Shown piece by piece: positions 1 through 8,990 of a stretch of 32,000 nucleotides of DNA. Source of the stretch: Niabella pedocola. Its GTDB lineage: Bacteria > Bacteroidota > Bacteroidia > Chitinophagales > Chitinophagaceae. The stretch covers positions 2,685,291 to 2,717,290 of the forward strand of contig NZ_JAJNEC010000005.1 of the NCBI RefSeq assembly GCF_021044425.1. Reading direction: 5' to 3'. The notes beneath the pieces were generated by a model that saw only the letters and a program-made list of their open reading frames with translations, searched no databases and was not told where the DNA came from. How positions within the stretch are numbered: the first letter of the stretch is position 1; each line of letters opens with the position of its first letter. A program made the translations under genes and the position numbers.

Positions 1-1
1 T

Positions 2-868
2 TATGCCTTTGGACATGTTACAGCAACTTTTGATGGGGTCCGGATCGATAACGAGCAACGGTTAAGAGAAATTGCTTCGCTCAAAACGGCCAATCCGCAT
101 TTGAAAATTCTGCTTTCAATAGGCGGCTGGGGAAGCGGAGGGTTTAGCGAAATGGCGGCCGATGCGGGCAACCGGGAAAAGTTTTCCAATGACTGCGCCC
201 GCATTGTAAAGCAATTTGAGCTGGATGGTATCGACATCGATTGGGAGTATCCCACCAGCAAAGCCGGTGGGATTTCAGCTACACAGGAAGACACCCGGAA
301 CTTTACATTGCTGATGAAACAGATCCGTAAATCTATCGGAAGGAAAAAACTGCTGACACTGGCCTCCGTGATCAGCGGGCAGTATATTGATTTTGCGGCC
401 ATAAAAAACCTGGTAAATTTTGTTAATATCATGGCTTACGATGCCGGAAGGCCACCGAAACACCATGCAGCACTTTACCGGTCGGCAATGACCGGCTGGG
501 CATCCGGCGAGGAAGCTGTTAACGCACATAAACTGGCTGGCATGCCATCTGCCAAACTGGTGCTGGGCATTCCCCTGTATGGAAGAGGAAATAAAACAGA
601 CATTAAAGAGTTTGTACATTACCGCGATCTGGTAAAGCTGGAAGGCTTTATCAGCAAATGGGACTCTGTAGCGCAGGTGCCTTACCTGGTGAATGCCGCC
701 GGCGAATTTGTGTGTTCGTTTGAATCGCCCGAATCCATTGCCATAAAAGGAAGTTTTATACGGGAAAAAGGATTACTGGGTGCTATGTATTGGGAGCACG
801 CCGGAGATACGGAGGACAATGTGTTGGGAAAGGCGATTTTCAGTTCGGTTGTAACGGGTGCGGATTAA
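2..868 (+). CDS. Glycoside hydrolase family 18 (chitinase-like), 5'-truncated by the window edge
   Basis: The reading frame is open from nt 2 (YAFGHVTATFDGVRIDNEQRL...), upstream of the first Met at 101, so the gene starts outside the window. It carries SIGGWG and the GH18 catalytic motif DGIDIDWEYP (DxxDxDxE) at nt 224-253, plus MAYD and YWE motifs typical of the GH18 TIM barrel. The stop is at 866-868. Confidence 0.9.
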   Translation, partial: YAFGHVTATFDGVRIDNEQRLREIASLKTANPHLKILLSIGGWGSGGFSEMAADAGNREKFSNDCARIVKQFELDGIDIDWEYPTSKAGGISATQEDTRNFTLLMKQIRKSIGRKKLLTLASVISGQYIDFAAIKNLVNFVNIMAYDAGRPPKHHAALYRSAMTGWASGEEAVNAHKLAGMPSAKLVLGIPLYGRGNKTDIKEFVHYRDLVKLEGFISKWDSVAQVPYLVNAAGEFVCSFESPESIAIKGSFIREKGLLGAMYWEHAGDTEDNVLGKAIFSSVVTGAD

Positions 869-927
869 CCCCGGTCACCTGCGTTTGAAGGGCGCTGCTT
901 TTAAACGGCCGGTGTTCCTGAAGCGTT

Positions 928-1929
928 TTATACCCTTGCCTTCCGGATGGCCTTCGGTGTTACGTTCGTCCAGGATTTAAAGGCCTTTCTAAATGCCGTA
1001 AGATCGGAGTAGCCCAGGATATCGGAAATTTCGGATAATTTGATGGCCGGGTTTTGCATCAGTTGGAAGGCGATCTCTTTTCGTATGCTTCCGGCAATAA
1101 CACGGAACGTGGTTTGCTCCTCCAGCAACCTGCGTTGCAAATGGCGAACGGTCATATTTAACGCAGCGGCTGCCTCTTCAACAGTGGGGATTCTTCCCTT
1201 GAACTGCATGAATAAAACCTGTTTTAAATTTTCTGTCGTGCTGTTAGAGGCCAGCAGTGCCTGTTTATCGGCCATAATGGAATTGAACAGCTCAAACATA
1301 GATTGATCGCTGGTAAGCAGCGGTGTTGCGATTGCCTCCTTACTAAGAATAATGCGGTTGGCCTCTTTATTAAAAAGCACCTCGCAGCCAAAGAACTCCC
1401 GGTATTCGGAAATATTCCGCATTTTATAGGCCAGCTCGATGCGCAACGGCACGATCCGTTTTCCAGCCAACGCGCTACAGGTATTCGTAACTGCGGCAAA
1501 TAAAAAATCATTGGCATGCCGGGCCGGTTCCGGATATTTCATCAGCCACATCTGGTGCTGTGCAATCTCCAGGGTGGCCACGTCATGAACAGTGTACCGG
1601 TATTCAACCATCGGCGAAGCCATGGGACCGTAGCGGCATAACATCCGGATACACTGGTCAATGTCTTTACAGCTTTGGATCAGAAAACCAATCATCCCAT
1701 GCAGCAGTTTGTCGGTACCCATGCCTACATGCAGGCCAATCAACGGGTCTTCCGACAGCTTGAACAGCGGTACCCATATAAGCGCTGCTTTCTCCCATTC
1801 AACCATATGTTCTGAGTCGCTGATCTCTTCGGGACGGATACCCGACAGCTGGCAAAGAGTGTCAAAAGCAGCTCCGAATGAAGCAGCCGTTTGAAAAATA
1901 GTGCGAATAACCGTTCCCTGTAAGGCCAT
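928..1929 (-). CDS. AraC-family transcriptional regulator (N-terminal AraC-binding-like domain, C-terminal HTH)
   Basis: The ORF is 333 aa with an ATG start (cat at 1927-1929). The C-terminal ~100 aa (PTVEEAAAALNMTVRHLQRRLLEE...LSEISDILGYSDLTAFRKAFKSWTNVTP) is a classic double AraC/XylS HTH. It is convergent with the GH18 gene and divergent from the membrane-protein gene. Confidence 0.85.
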   Translation of the reverse strand: MALQGTVIRTIFQTAASFGAAFDTLCQLSGIRPEEISDSEHMVEWEKAALIWVPLFKLSEDPLIGLHVGMGTDKLLHGMIGFLIQSCKDIDQCIRMLCRYGPMASPMVEYRYTVHDVATLEIAQHQMWLMKYPEPARHANDFLFAAVTNTCSALAGKRIVPLRIELAYKMRNISEYREFFGCEVLFNKEANRIILSKEAIATPLLTSDQSMFELFNSIMADKQALLASNSTTENLKQVLFMQFKGRIPTVEEAAAALNMTVRHLQRRLLEEQTTFRVIAGSIRKEIAFQLMQNPAIKLSEISDILGYSDLTAFRKAFKSWTNVTPKAIRKARV

Positions 1930-1984
1930 GGCGTAAAATATATCATTTCAGGCAGAAAATATCCTTTTTTCCGCCTGTGCAACG

Positions 1985-2665
1985 ATGGTACTTTGTGGTA
2001 TCAATTACAAAATTATGAAATCAGTTAAAAACAAGTTTTTAAAAAAGTGGGTAGCAGGCAATATCGCCGTTTATACCGGTGCGCTGGGGTTACTGCATCC
2101 GCTTATTGCGCACGGGCTTACCGGCGATCATGACCGGTTGTTAAGCACACCGCAGTTCATCATGCATACCCTGTCTTTATTTGTATTTGTAGCCTTTCTG
2201 GCAAGGATGCAGCGCAGCACGTTCCAGGTGGTCGGGAAACAGCAGCCGCCCGCCGGCATCTGGCCGTTTTTATTGATTGCGCCCTGGGCATTCTGGCTGG
2301 GCTATTATACCCTGTTTGTGCCCTTCGACATATTGTTTATGTTCCTGTCCATCGGAATGATCAACGCCCTGCAATTGAAACCACTGGTTAAGGCTCCGGC
2401 AAAATGGGTATGGCAATGTATGCTGGGCTATCTGCTGGCAGCAGTAGCGGGTATTGTTGTAGGCCTGGGCGGTTATCTGCTTTATTATAAACAGCTTCCG
2501 GGCATTGCGAGGGATTTGGCTACCTGGCTCTCCATCAGCATTCCTGCGGGGCTCGTAGTGGCGTATTATTTCAGGTATATATGGTCCCTCCAGCTTCTGC
2601 TTCCCGGTGAGGAAGAGCCTGGCAGGCGCCCTGATCCAAAAGTAACATGCGCAGAAATGGCGTAG
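1985..2665 (+). CDS. Hypothetical integral membrane protein (about 6 predicted hydrophobic helices)
   Basis: The ORF is 226 aa with an ATG at 1985 and an alternative ATG at 2015 (MKSVKNK...). It has several hydrophobic stretches of ~20 aa (IAVYTGALGLLHPLI, TLSLFVFVAFLA, WPFLLIAPWAFWLGYY, ILFMFLSIGMINAL, CMLGYLLAAVAGIVVGLGGYLLYY). I recognise no family. Confidence 0.5.
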   Translation: MVLCGINYKIMKSVKNKFLKKWVAGNIAVYTGALGLLHPLIAHGLTGDHDRLLSTPQFIMHTLSLFVFVAFLARMQRSTFQVVGKQQPPAGIWPFLLIAPWAFWLGYYTLFVPFDILFMFLSIGMINALQLKPLVKAPAKWVWQCMLGYLLAAVAGIVVGLGGYLLYYKQLPGIARDLATWLSISIPAGLVVAYYFRYIWSLQLLLPGEEEPGRRPDPKVTCAEMA

Positions 2666-2701
2666 GTCTCCCGGCGCCATGCACATTAAAAAACAACATC
2701 A

Positions 2702-3463
2702 ATGAAACAAACTATATATGGAGTATTGCTGCTATTTATCTGCAGCACTGTTTTTGCCGCCTGTAGCAAAGATGATCCGGGAAAAAATATACCGGAAGTA
2801 CCCGGAGCCAAAGGTGGGGTGAGCGGGGTTGTTACCGACAACCGGAACGTTCCGGTAAAAGACGCCCGCATCACCGTTGAACATACGGTATGGTATAACA
2901 GCTATTTATTGAGCAGCAGCAACAACGAAGGGAAATACCAGGTGTCGTTGCCCGATGACCCAGCGGGCGACTGGACGGCCAAGGCCCAGCTCACCAGAAC
3001 GGCTTACGGACAAACTTATACGTTTGACCTGGCGCCGGATAAAACCGGAGCCTTTAATAAAACAAACGGCGCTATACGCAACTTTACATGGAAACTCAGT
3101 GGCCTGCGACCCGGTGGTACGGGTTATTATGGCGCACATGTGGACCTGTACACGTTTGGTACAGATGTGGATCTTACAAAAGTAACATTATCCTTCACCC
3201 CCTTTCCGGGTGAACCCCGGTTGATTGACGGAACCACCGCCACCGCGTTTGAACGACCGGTAGAAGACGTGGCCGGAACTTTTATGGTAAAAGATGTGCC
3301 GGTTGGAAAATATACCGTCAAGGCCGTTTACGCCGGCAAAAAACTATTACTCAATAACCGCCATACCGATGATAATAATGAAGAAAACAAGACCGTCGTT
3401 TTTGGCAAGAACGGCTACCTGGGTGAAACCGAATACAATATTGCATTTTATGTGACCGAATAG
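2702..3463 (+). CDS. Hypothetical lipoprotein with a carboxypeptidase-regulatory-like (CarboxypepD_reg) beta-sandwich segment
   Basis: The ORF is 253 aa. It has a signal peptide plus lipobox (LLLFICSTVFAAC-SKDD). VSGVVTDNRNVPVKDARITVEH resembles the CarboxypepD_reg fold motif. The function is unknown. Confidence 0.55.
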   Translation: MKQTIYGVLLLFICSTVFAACSKDDPGKNIPEVPGAKGGVSGVVTDNRNVPVKDARITVEHTVWYNSYLLSSSNNEGKYQVSLPDDPAGDWTAKAQLTRTAYGQTYTFDLAPDKTGAFNKTNGAIRNFTWKLSGLRPGGTGYYGAHVDLYTFGTDVDLTKVTLSFTPFPGEPRLIDGTTATAFERPVEDVAGTFMVKDVPVGKYTVKAVYAGKKLLLNNRHTDDNNEENKTVVFGKNGYLGETEYNIAFYVTE

Positions 3464-3524
3464 ACATCGCAGCAACAGATCGTATTTGCCGCCGGTGTTG
3501 GGGCTGCCGCAACTATTCGCATAT

Positions 3525-3604
3525 GAGGCTGTATCCACAATTTGGATTCATTTAGAAGTTCCGGGACCGAATGGCAATGAAAATGGTGGATACAGCCTCT
3601 TTTT
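3525..3604 (+). terminator. Long-loop stem-loop followed by a T-run (possible intrinsic terminator of the 2702-3463 gene, or a structured RNA element)
   Basis: There is a perfect 14-nt inverted repeat, GAGGCTGTATCCAC (3525-3538) and GTGGATACAGCCTC (3586-3599). TTTTT follows immediately at 3600-3604. The 47-nt loop contains an inner 6-bp pair, TTCATT (3547-3552) with AATGAA (3576-3581). The element lies 62 nt after the upstream stop codon. Confidence 0.4.
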
Positions 3605-3930
3605 GTTACAGGTGGGTGGCCGACATTGAATTTTGCATTGTCCTGTTTATGTTCAGCTCTCCGAAGCAGTCGAACCCGGGTGCGGCCGTTTTTTGAAACC
3701 CGGCCTGTACATAAAGCCCGGGATCGGTTTTGCTTTATTTCCTAAATTTACCGTAGCTAAAGGGTTGATTTTCCTGGTTCCGGTGACCAAAACAGCGGTT
3801 TGTGAACGGCTGGGGAGCGGGAAATTTTTAAGAAGGGCGTTCGTCAGCGGCTCCGCGAACGCGCTATTCTGTAAAATTAAATGCTTAACCAGGTTCTTTA
3901 TGTATTTTTCCCGAAAATTGAAAGCGTTCA

Positions 3931-5619
3931 ATGACGATTGTATACCTGAAGCGATGTGCTGCATACTATAAACGGGCCTGCTTGATACTACTGTTTTTGG
4001 GGTGTGGTACTCCCATGCTTTTAAGCCAGTCAAAAAAAAACAAAGCGGCCTATGACCGAATCCAGGTACTAAATCGAACCGCAAAAAAACTTAACAGCGA
4101 CTCCACCGCCCAGGCGCTGATCCTGGCGCATGAAGCCTACCTGCTGGCCGTAAAGGAAAACGACCGGTTCTGGCAGGCGCAAACCATGTTAACGCTTTCC
4201 GAGGGCTATTTATATGACGACAGTTACGACATGGCCCTGCAATATGCTTATGATGCATTGGATATCTTTCAGTCATTAAAGCATGAAACAGGTATTGCAG
4301 ACACATACACATTGCTGGGCTGGATCTTCTACGATACGGAAAACGCCATTTTGTCGATGGACTTTCATCAAAAAGCCGCGAAACTGATCGCTGCCGGTAC
4401 CGATGAAAAAAAGAAAGCGGTCGCATTAAATGCCATCGGGCTGGTGTACCAGATGATGAACAACAGCGACTCTGCCAAGATCTATTTTCAGAAAACCATT
4501 GCGATCTCCGAGGCACACAAAATAACGATTATCCAGGGCGCAGCATTGAATAACCTGGGTATCAGCGAAAACGCACTGGGGCAATACCCGCAGGCCATTA
4601 TCCATTTTGAAAAGGCCATGGAAATAGAACAGATGGAGCATCTCCATAGTAAATTACCCCTGGCTGAAGTACAAAACCAGCTGGCCTATGCATACCTCAA
4701 ACTCAACAACTATGACAAGGCTGATTCGTTATTAAAAAGTGCGCGCAGTATTATTGATGCCTCCACCTCCAATACGCGGAAGGAGAAATTGTTAGACAAC
4801 CTGCATACCTATGCCCTGCTACACCAGGCCACCGGCAACTACCAGCGTGCTTTTGAATGCCTGCAGCAATATATTGCCATTAATAACGAAATCGTTTCCC
4901 GTAATAAAACGGAAATGGTAGATGCCCTGCACCTGAGCCGGGAAACCCAAAACCGCGAAAAGCAGATCAATGAGCTGAGCGCCCAAAAAGAGCTGCGTTC
5001 CTTCCAGCGCAATGCACTGGCCGCCGGACTGGTGCTATTGGGGATCATCGGGTTTTTATTGTACAGCCGGCTACGCCGGAAACAGCAGCGCGATAAAGAA
5101 CTGGAAGCCATGAAACGGCTGCTGATCGAAAAAGAACTGGACAACACCCTGCACGAAAAAGAAGCACTCAACGATAAACTGGGATTTAAAGACCAGAACA
5201 TAAAAAAATATGCCCTGCTGCTGACCCGCAACGATGAATTGCTGAAAAACTTCATCCGGGAAACCGGCCACCTGATGACCACCGAGGAGGCTGATCTCAA
5301 AACCATGCCCAATGCTTACAGCAAGCTGGTAAAAAAATTCTTACAGGACCTGGAGCAACAGGCGAACGACAAAACACTGCATTTATCTTCGGACGATGCC
5401 CATGCCGATTTCTTCTTCAACCTGCTGCAAAAATACCCCGACCTTACCGAAAGCGAACGGAAGCTTTGCGCTCAGATCCGGCTGAATTTATCCTCAAAAG
5501 AGATTGCCGCGCTCAATAATATCTCCGTAAAATCGGTTGAAATGGCACGCTACCGGCTCAGAAAACATTTCGGATTGCAAAAAAATGAAGACCTCAATGC
5601 CTTTATAAGCTCATTTTAA
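3931..5619 (+). CDS. Membrane-anchored one-component regulator: N-terminal signal/anchor, TPR repeat domain, transmembrane helix, coiled-coil, C-terminal LuxR/GerE-type HTH
   Basis: The ORF is 562 aa. The N-terminus is hydrophobic (ACLILLFLGCGTPMLL). Repeated TPR-like units occur through aa ~60-330 (AQTMLTLSEGYLYDDSYDMALQYAYDALDIF..., ALNAIGLVYQMMNNSDSAKIYFQKTI..., ALNNLGISENALGQYPQAIIHFEKAM...). A transmembrane helix ALAAGLVLLGIIGFLLYS lies at about nt 5014-5068 and is followed by RLRRKQQR. The C-terminus LTESERKLCAQIRLNLSSKEIAALNNISVKSVEMARYRLRKHFGL is a LuxR-type HTH. Confidence 0.8.
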   Translation: MTIVYLKRCAAYYKRACLILLFLGCGTPMLLSQSKKNKAAYDRIQVLNRTAKKLNSDSTAQALILAHEAYLLAVKENDRFWQAQTMLTLSEGYLYDDSYDMALQYAYDALDIFQSLKHETGIADTYTLLGWIFYDTENAILSMDFHQKAAKLIAAGTDEKKKAVALNAIGLVYQMMNNSDSAKIYFQKTIAISEAHKITIIQGAALNNLGISENALGQYPQAIIHFEKAMEIEQMEHLHSKLPLAEVQNQLAYAYLKLNNYDKADSLLKSARSIIDASTSNTRKEKLLDNLHTYALLHQATGNYQRAFECLQQYIAINNEIVSRNKTEMVDALHLSRETQNREKQINELSAQKELRSFQRNALAAGLVLLGIIGFLLYSRLRRKQQRDKELEAMKRLLIEKELDNTLHEKEALNDKLGFKDQNIKKYALLLTRNDELLKNFIRETGHLMTTEEADLKTMPNAYSKLVKKFLQDLEQQANDKTLHLSSDDAHADFFFNLLQKYPDLTESERKLCAQIRLNLSSKEIAALNNISVKSVEMARYRLRKHFGLQKNEDLNAFISSF

Positions 5620-5649
5620 AGGCATGATAACCAATTTGTTGAAATTGGT

Positions 5650-5689
5650 GTAGAGGCGATGTAGAGGTGCGTAGAGGGTCATGTAGATG
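5650..5689 (+). promoter_or_regulatory. Four direct repeats GTAGAGG / GTAGAGG / GTAGAGG / GTAGATG with 11-, 10- and 12-nt spacing, a candidate regulator-binding array upstream of susC
   Basis: Read directly from the sequence, the copies sit at 5650-5656, 5661-5667, 5671-5677 and 5683-5689. The array is 31 nt downstream of the regulator stop and 134-173 nt upstream of the SusC ATG (5823). The period is close to one helical turn. Confidence 0.5.
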
Positions 5690-5822
5690 TTAAAAATAAT
5701 GGAAGGGCTTGCGTAAGCGCTAAGTTTAGCCTACGCTAAAATGCACGGATTTTTGTTGGCCATAACAAAAGCAATGCATAGCCGCGTTTTTTAAAACCAT
5801 TTTTAAAAAACTATTATTTTTT

Positions 5823-8800
5823 ATGTTTATGACAAGATTGTTTGCCCGGCACAAAAGGCCATTCGCCCTTTGTTTGCTCTGTTTTTTATGCTCCTTTTTA
5901 CATACGGTTGGGTATGCCCAATCTGGTCCCGTATCGGGTGTGGTACTGGATCCTGCCGGTGCGCCGGTGGCCGGAGCCAGTATCGTTGTAAAAGATGGTT
6001 TGGGTACCGCCGTTGCCGATGAGGGCGGACACTTCACCATTCAAACCACTGCAGCCAATGCCGTACTAGTGGTTACGGCTGTGGGATATACTTCCAGGGA
6101 AGTGGCTGCCACAGGAAACCGCGCGGTTGAAATCACATTGGAGCTGGCTGCCAAGCAAATTGATGAAGTGGTGGTTATTGGTTACGGCACCCAGAAACGG
6201 GGCAACCTTACCAGTGCTGTTTCTTCTGTAAAAGGAGACGTGATCAGCAAAATGGCCACCAACAACCCCATTAACGCTTTACAGGGAAGGGTAGCCGGCT
6301 TATCCGTTACCAGCCCGGGCGGTAACCCGGGGCAGATGTCGGATGTGCGGTTAAGAGGCATCGGTACTTTTGGCGGTCATCAGCCCCTGTATATTATCGA
6401 TGGGGTACCCGGTGATCCATATTATTTAAACAATAACGACATTGAGTCGATAGAAGTATTAAAAGACGGTGCTGCTGCATCCATTTATGGATCCAACAGT
6501 GCCAATGGAGTGGTGATCGTCACCACTAAAAAAGGAAAAAAAGGCGAACCGGTGATCGACTTCAGCAGTTATTACGGTCAGGTAAAACCCACGAATAAAT
6601 ATAAGCTGCTGGATGCCGAGGGCTATAAAAGTGTACACCGTATGATGTATGAAAATGCCGGCAATACCCAGTTACCTGCTTATATTACCACCAATACCGG
6701 GGTAAATACCAATTGGCAGGACCAGATCCAGCAAACGGGTACCGCACAAAATTATAATGTGGGTATCAGAGGCGGCGGTGAATTTATAAAATATGGGATC
6801 AGTGGTGATCTTACCGACGAAAAGGGTACGTTGATCGGCTCCAGTTTTGATAAAAAAACGATCCGTTCTACCAATGAGATCAAAAAGGGGATACTGACAC
6901 TGGAAAATAACCTGCTTTTTTCCAATACCAGATCCGAAGCCTATAAGTTTGATATCCGGGATGCCTATTTTCAATCGCCCCTGCTACCGGTAACGGACCC
7001 CGGCGAACCTTACGGGTATGGATTAACGGTGAACGGGTTGCCCAAGTTTCAAAACCCGGTGGGCTATGCGCATTATGTAGACGGGTATACCAAAACGCAA
7101 TACTTTGCAGATAACCTGAGGCTCCGGTTGCAATTGTTCAAAGGATTTAGCTATACCGCACAGCTGAATTATATCAGCGCCAACAGCTTTGATTATTCGC
7201 ACCATCCGCCGTTCCGGGCCAATGCCAACGATCCGGCGGTATCTTATTCATATGTATACAACAGCCGCTCCAATTATAAAGAACAGCAAATGGAGCATTT
7301 GCTCAACTATGACTGGAAAAAGGGCGATCACAGCCTCAAAGTACTGGCCGGTTATTCGGCGCAGCAAAAAACAAACGAATACCTGAGCGTAACGGCCGAT
7401 GGCAAAACCATTGTACGGTCGGTGGTAAACGGTTCCATCGTGGAAAAAGAAGTGGCGGGCGGTTTCTCCAACCCGGATTTTAATACCATCAATGCTGGTT
7501 TGGGCGGCACATTCGGCGCTTCCGGTTCCAATAATAAATATGTACGCCTTTCTACTTTCGGAAGGATTAACTATGACTATGCCGGTAAATACCTGGTACA
7601 GGCAAGTGTGCGGCGGGACGGTTCTTCCGTTTTTGGACAGAACAACCAGTTTGGAACCTTCCCTTCGGCCTCTGTGGGCTGGAACATGCACCAGGAATCC
7701 TTTTTAAAAAACAGCCGGTGGCTGAATGTTTTAAAGCTCAGGGCCAGTTATGGCGAGTTGGGTAACGAAGGCGCCCTGGGGTATTACGATCACCAGGCCC
7801 TGATATCCACGCTCAATACCTGGGCCGGCGGGTATGTACAGGGATCCGGAGCCACACCCTGGCCGGGATCTGCCAGCTACACCCTGCAAAACCGCGACCT
7901 GAAATGGGAAACCAGCAAATCGACCAATATCGGCGCCGACTTTGCATTTCTGAACAATAAGCTTACCGGTTCTGTAAACTATTTCAATAACAAAACCGAA
8001 GGCCTGCTGATCACCAAGGAGGTACCGCCATCTGCCGGTGTAAATGACCCCATCTTAAACGTGGGTACCATCTCCAATAAAGGTATTGAGCTGGAGCTAA
8101 CCTACAATTACGCGAAAAACGACTGGAATGTGGCTGTTACCGGATCGGTAACGCGTATTAAAAATGAAGTGATCAAACTGGCGCAATCCGATCAGACCTT
8201 ATACGGAACAGGGCTGAAATTCGGAACTGACCATATTCCCACACAAACCAAAGAAGGCAACGAAATAGGCGCTTTTTATCTATACACGGCTGATGGCATT
8301 TTTCAATCCGATGCAGAAGCGGCTGCTTACGTAAATAAAGATGGTGAACGATTACAGGCCGATGCAAAAGCGGGGGATGTAAAATTCCTGGATACCAATG
8401 GCGATGGCGTTATTGATGAAAAGGATAAAACCTACCAGGGATCCGGGTTTCCGAAAATGGAATATGGATTAAACCTGTCTGTTGGTTATAAGAGCTTTGA
8501 TCTTACCGCCTTTTTCCAGGGCGTAAGCGGCAACAAGATCTACAACGGTTACCGTTTTGAGCTGGAAGGCATGGATGCCGGGCGTAACTTCCTTACCACT
8601 GCGTTAAATGCCTGGACGCCGCAAAACACCCATACTACGGTACCGCGTGCCGTACTGGGAGATCCTAATGGCAATAACCGCGAATCGACCCGCTTTTTGG
8701 AAAACGGGTCTTACCTGCGGATGAAGTTACTGCAGCTGGGATATTCGCTGCCCGCCACTGCGGCTCGTTTTGCCCGGTTGAACCGGTTGCGGATCTATGT

Positions 8801-8945
8801 AGCGGCACAAAACCTCTTTACCATTACGAAATACAGCGCCCTCGATCCGGAAGTGGGGGTGTTTAACCCGCTGAATACAGGAGTAGACCGTGCGCTGTAT
8901 CCGCAAAATAAACGGTGGCTGGTAGGGCTCCAGATCGGTTTATAA
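5823..8945 (+). CDS. SusC/RagA-family TonB-dependent outer-membrane transporter
   Basis: The ORF is 1040 aa with a signal peptide. It has an N-terminal CarboxypepD_reg segment (VSGVVLDPAGAPVAGASIVVKDG) and the SusC signature IDEVVVIGYGTQKRGNLTSAVSSV. The plug motifs are ALQGRVAGL, IRGIGT-like LRGIGTF and PLYIIDGVP...IESIEVLKDAAASIYGS. The C-terminus is a beta-barrel ending in F/L-rich strands. A SusD gene follows directly. Confidence 0.95.
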   Translation: MFMTRLFARHKRPFALCLLCFLCSFLHTVGYAQSGPVSGVVLDPAGAPVAGASIVVKDGLGTAVADEGGHFTIQTTAANAVLVVTAVGYTSREVAATGNRAVEITLELAAKQIDEVVVIGYGTQKRGNLTSAVSSVKGDVISKMATNNPINALQGRVAGLSVTSPGGNPGQMSDVRLRGIGTFGGHQPLYIIDGVPGDPYYLNNNDIESIEVLKDGAAASIYGSNSANGVVIVTTKKGKKGEPVIDFSSYYGQVKPTNKYKLLDAEGYKSVHRMMYENAGNTQLPAYITTNTGVNTNWQDQIQQTGTAQNYNVGIRGGGEFIKYGISGDLTDEKGTLIGSSFDKKTIRSTNEIKKGILTLENNLLFSNTRSEAYKFDIRDAYFQSPLLPVTDPGEPYGYGLTVNGLPKFQNPVGYAHYVDGYTKTQYFADNLRLRLQLFKGFSYTAQLNYISANSFDYSHHPPFRANANDPAVSYSYVYNSRSNYKEQQMEHLLNYDWKKGDHSLKVLAGYSAQQKTNEYLSVTADGKTIVRSVVNGSIVEKEVAGGFSNPDFNTINAGLGGTFGASGSNNKYVRLSTFGRINYDYAGKYLVQASVRRDGSSVFGQNNQFGTFPSASVGWNMHQESFLKNSRWLNVLKLRASYGELGNEGALGYYDHQALISTLNTWAGGYVQGSGATPWPGSASYTLQNRDLKWETSKSTNIGADFAFLNNKLTGSVNYFNNKTEGLLITKEVPPSAGVNDPILNVGTISNKGIELELTYNYAKNDWNVAVTGSVTRIKNEVIKLAQSDQTLYGTGLKFGTDHIPTQTKEGNEIGAFYLYTADGIFQSDAEAAAYVNKDGERLQADAKAGDVKFLDTNGDGVIDEKDKTYQGSGFPKMEYGLNLSVGYKSFDLTAFFQGVSGNKIYNGYRFELEGMDAGRNFLTTALNAWTPQNTHTTVPRAVLGDPNGNNRESTRFLENGSYLRMKLLQLGYSLPATAARFARLNRLRIYVAAQNLFTITKYSALDPEVGVFNPLNTGVDRALYPQNKRWLVGLQIGL

Positions 8946-8990
8946 AGCAGCAATCTTTTAATAGCAGAAAATCAACGTAAAAATATTCAG

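Noticed and set aside
3633-4084. Two mutually overlapping ORFs (3633-3971 +, 112 aa; 3653-4084 -, 143 aa) in the long gap upstream of the TPR/LuxR gene.
   Set aside because: I see no recognisable domain, signal or sensible start context. They overlap each other and the well-supported start of the 3931 gene. The composition looks non-coding. I kept the region only as an unexplained non-coding gap.
5650-5689. The tandem GTAGAGG repeats were considered as a CRISPR-like or mobile-element terminal repeat.
   Set aside because: The units are only 7 nt with 3-5-nt spacers. No cas genes, transposase or flanking inverted repeats are present. The helical phasing upstream of susC fits a regulator-binding array instead.
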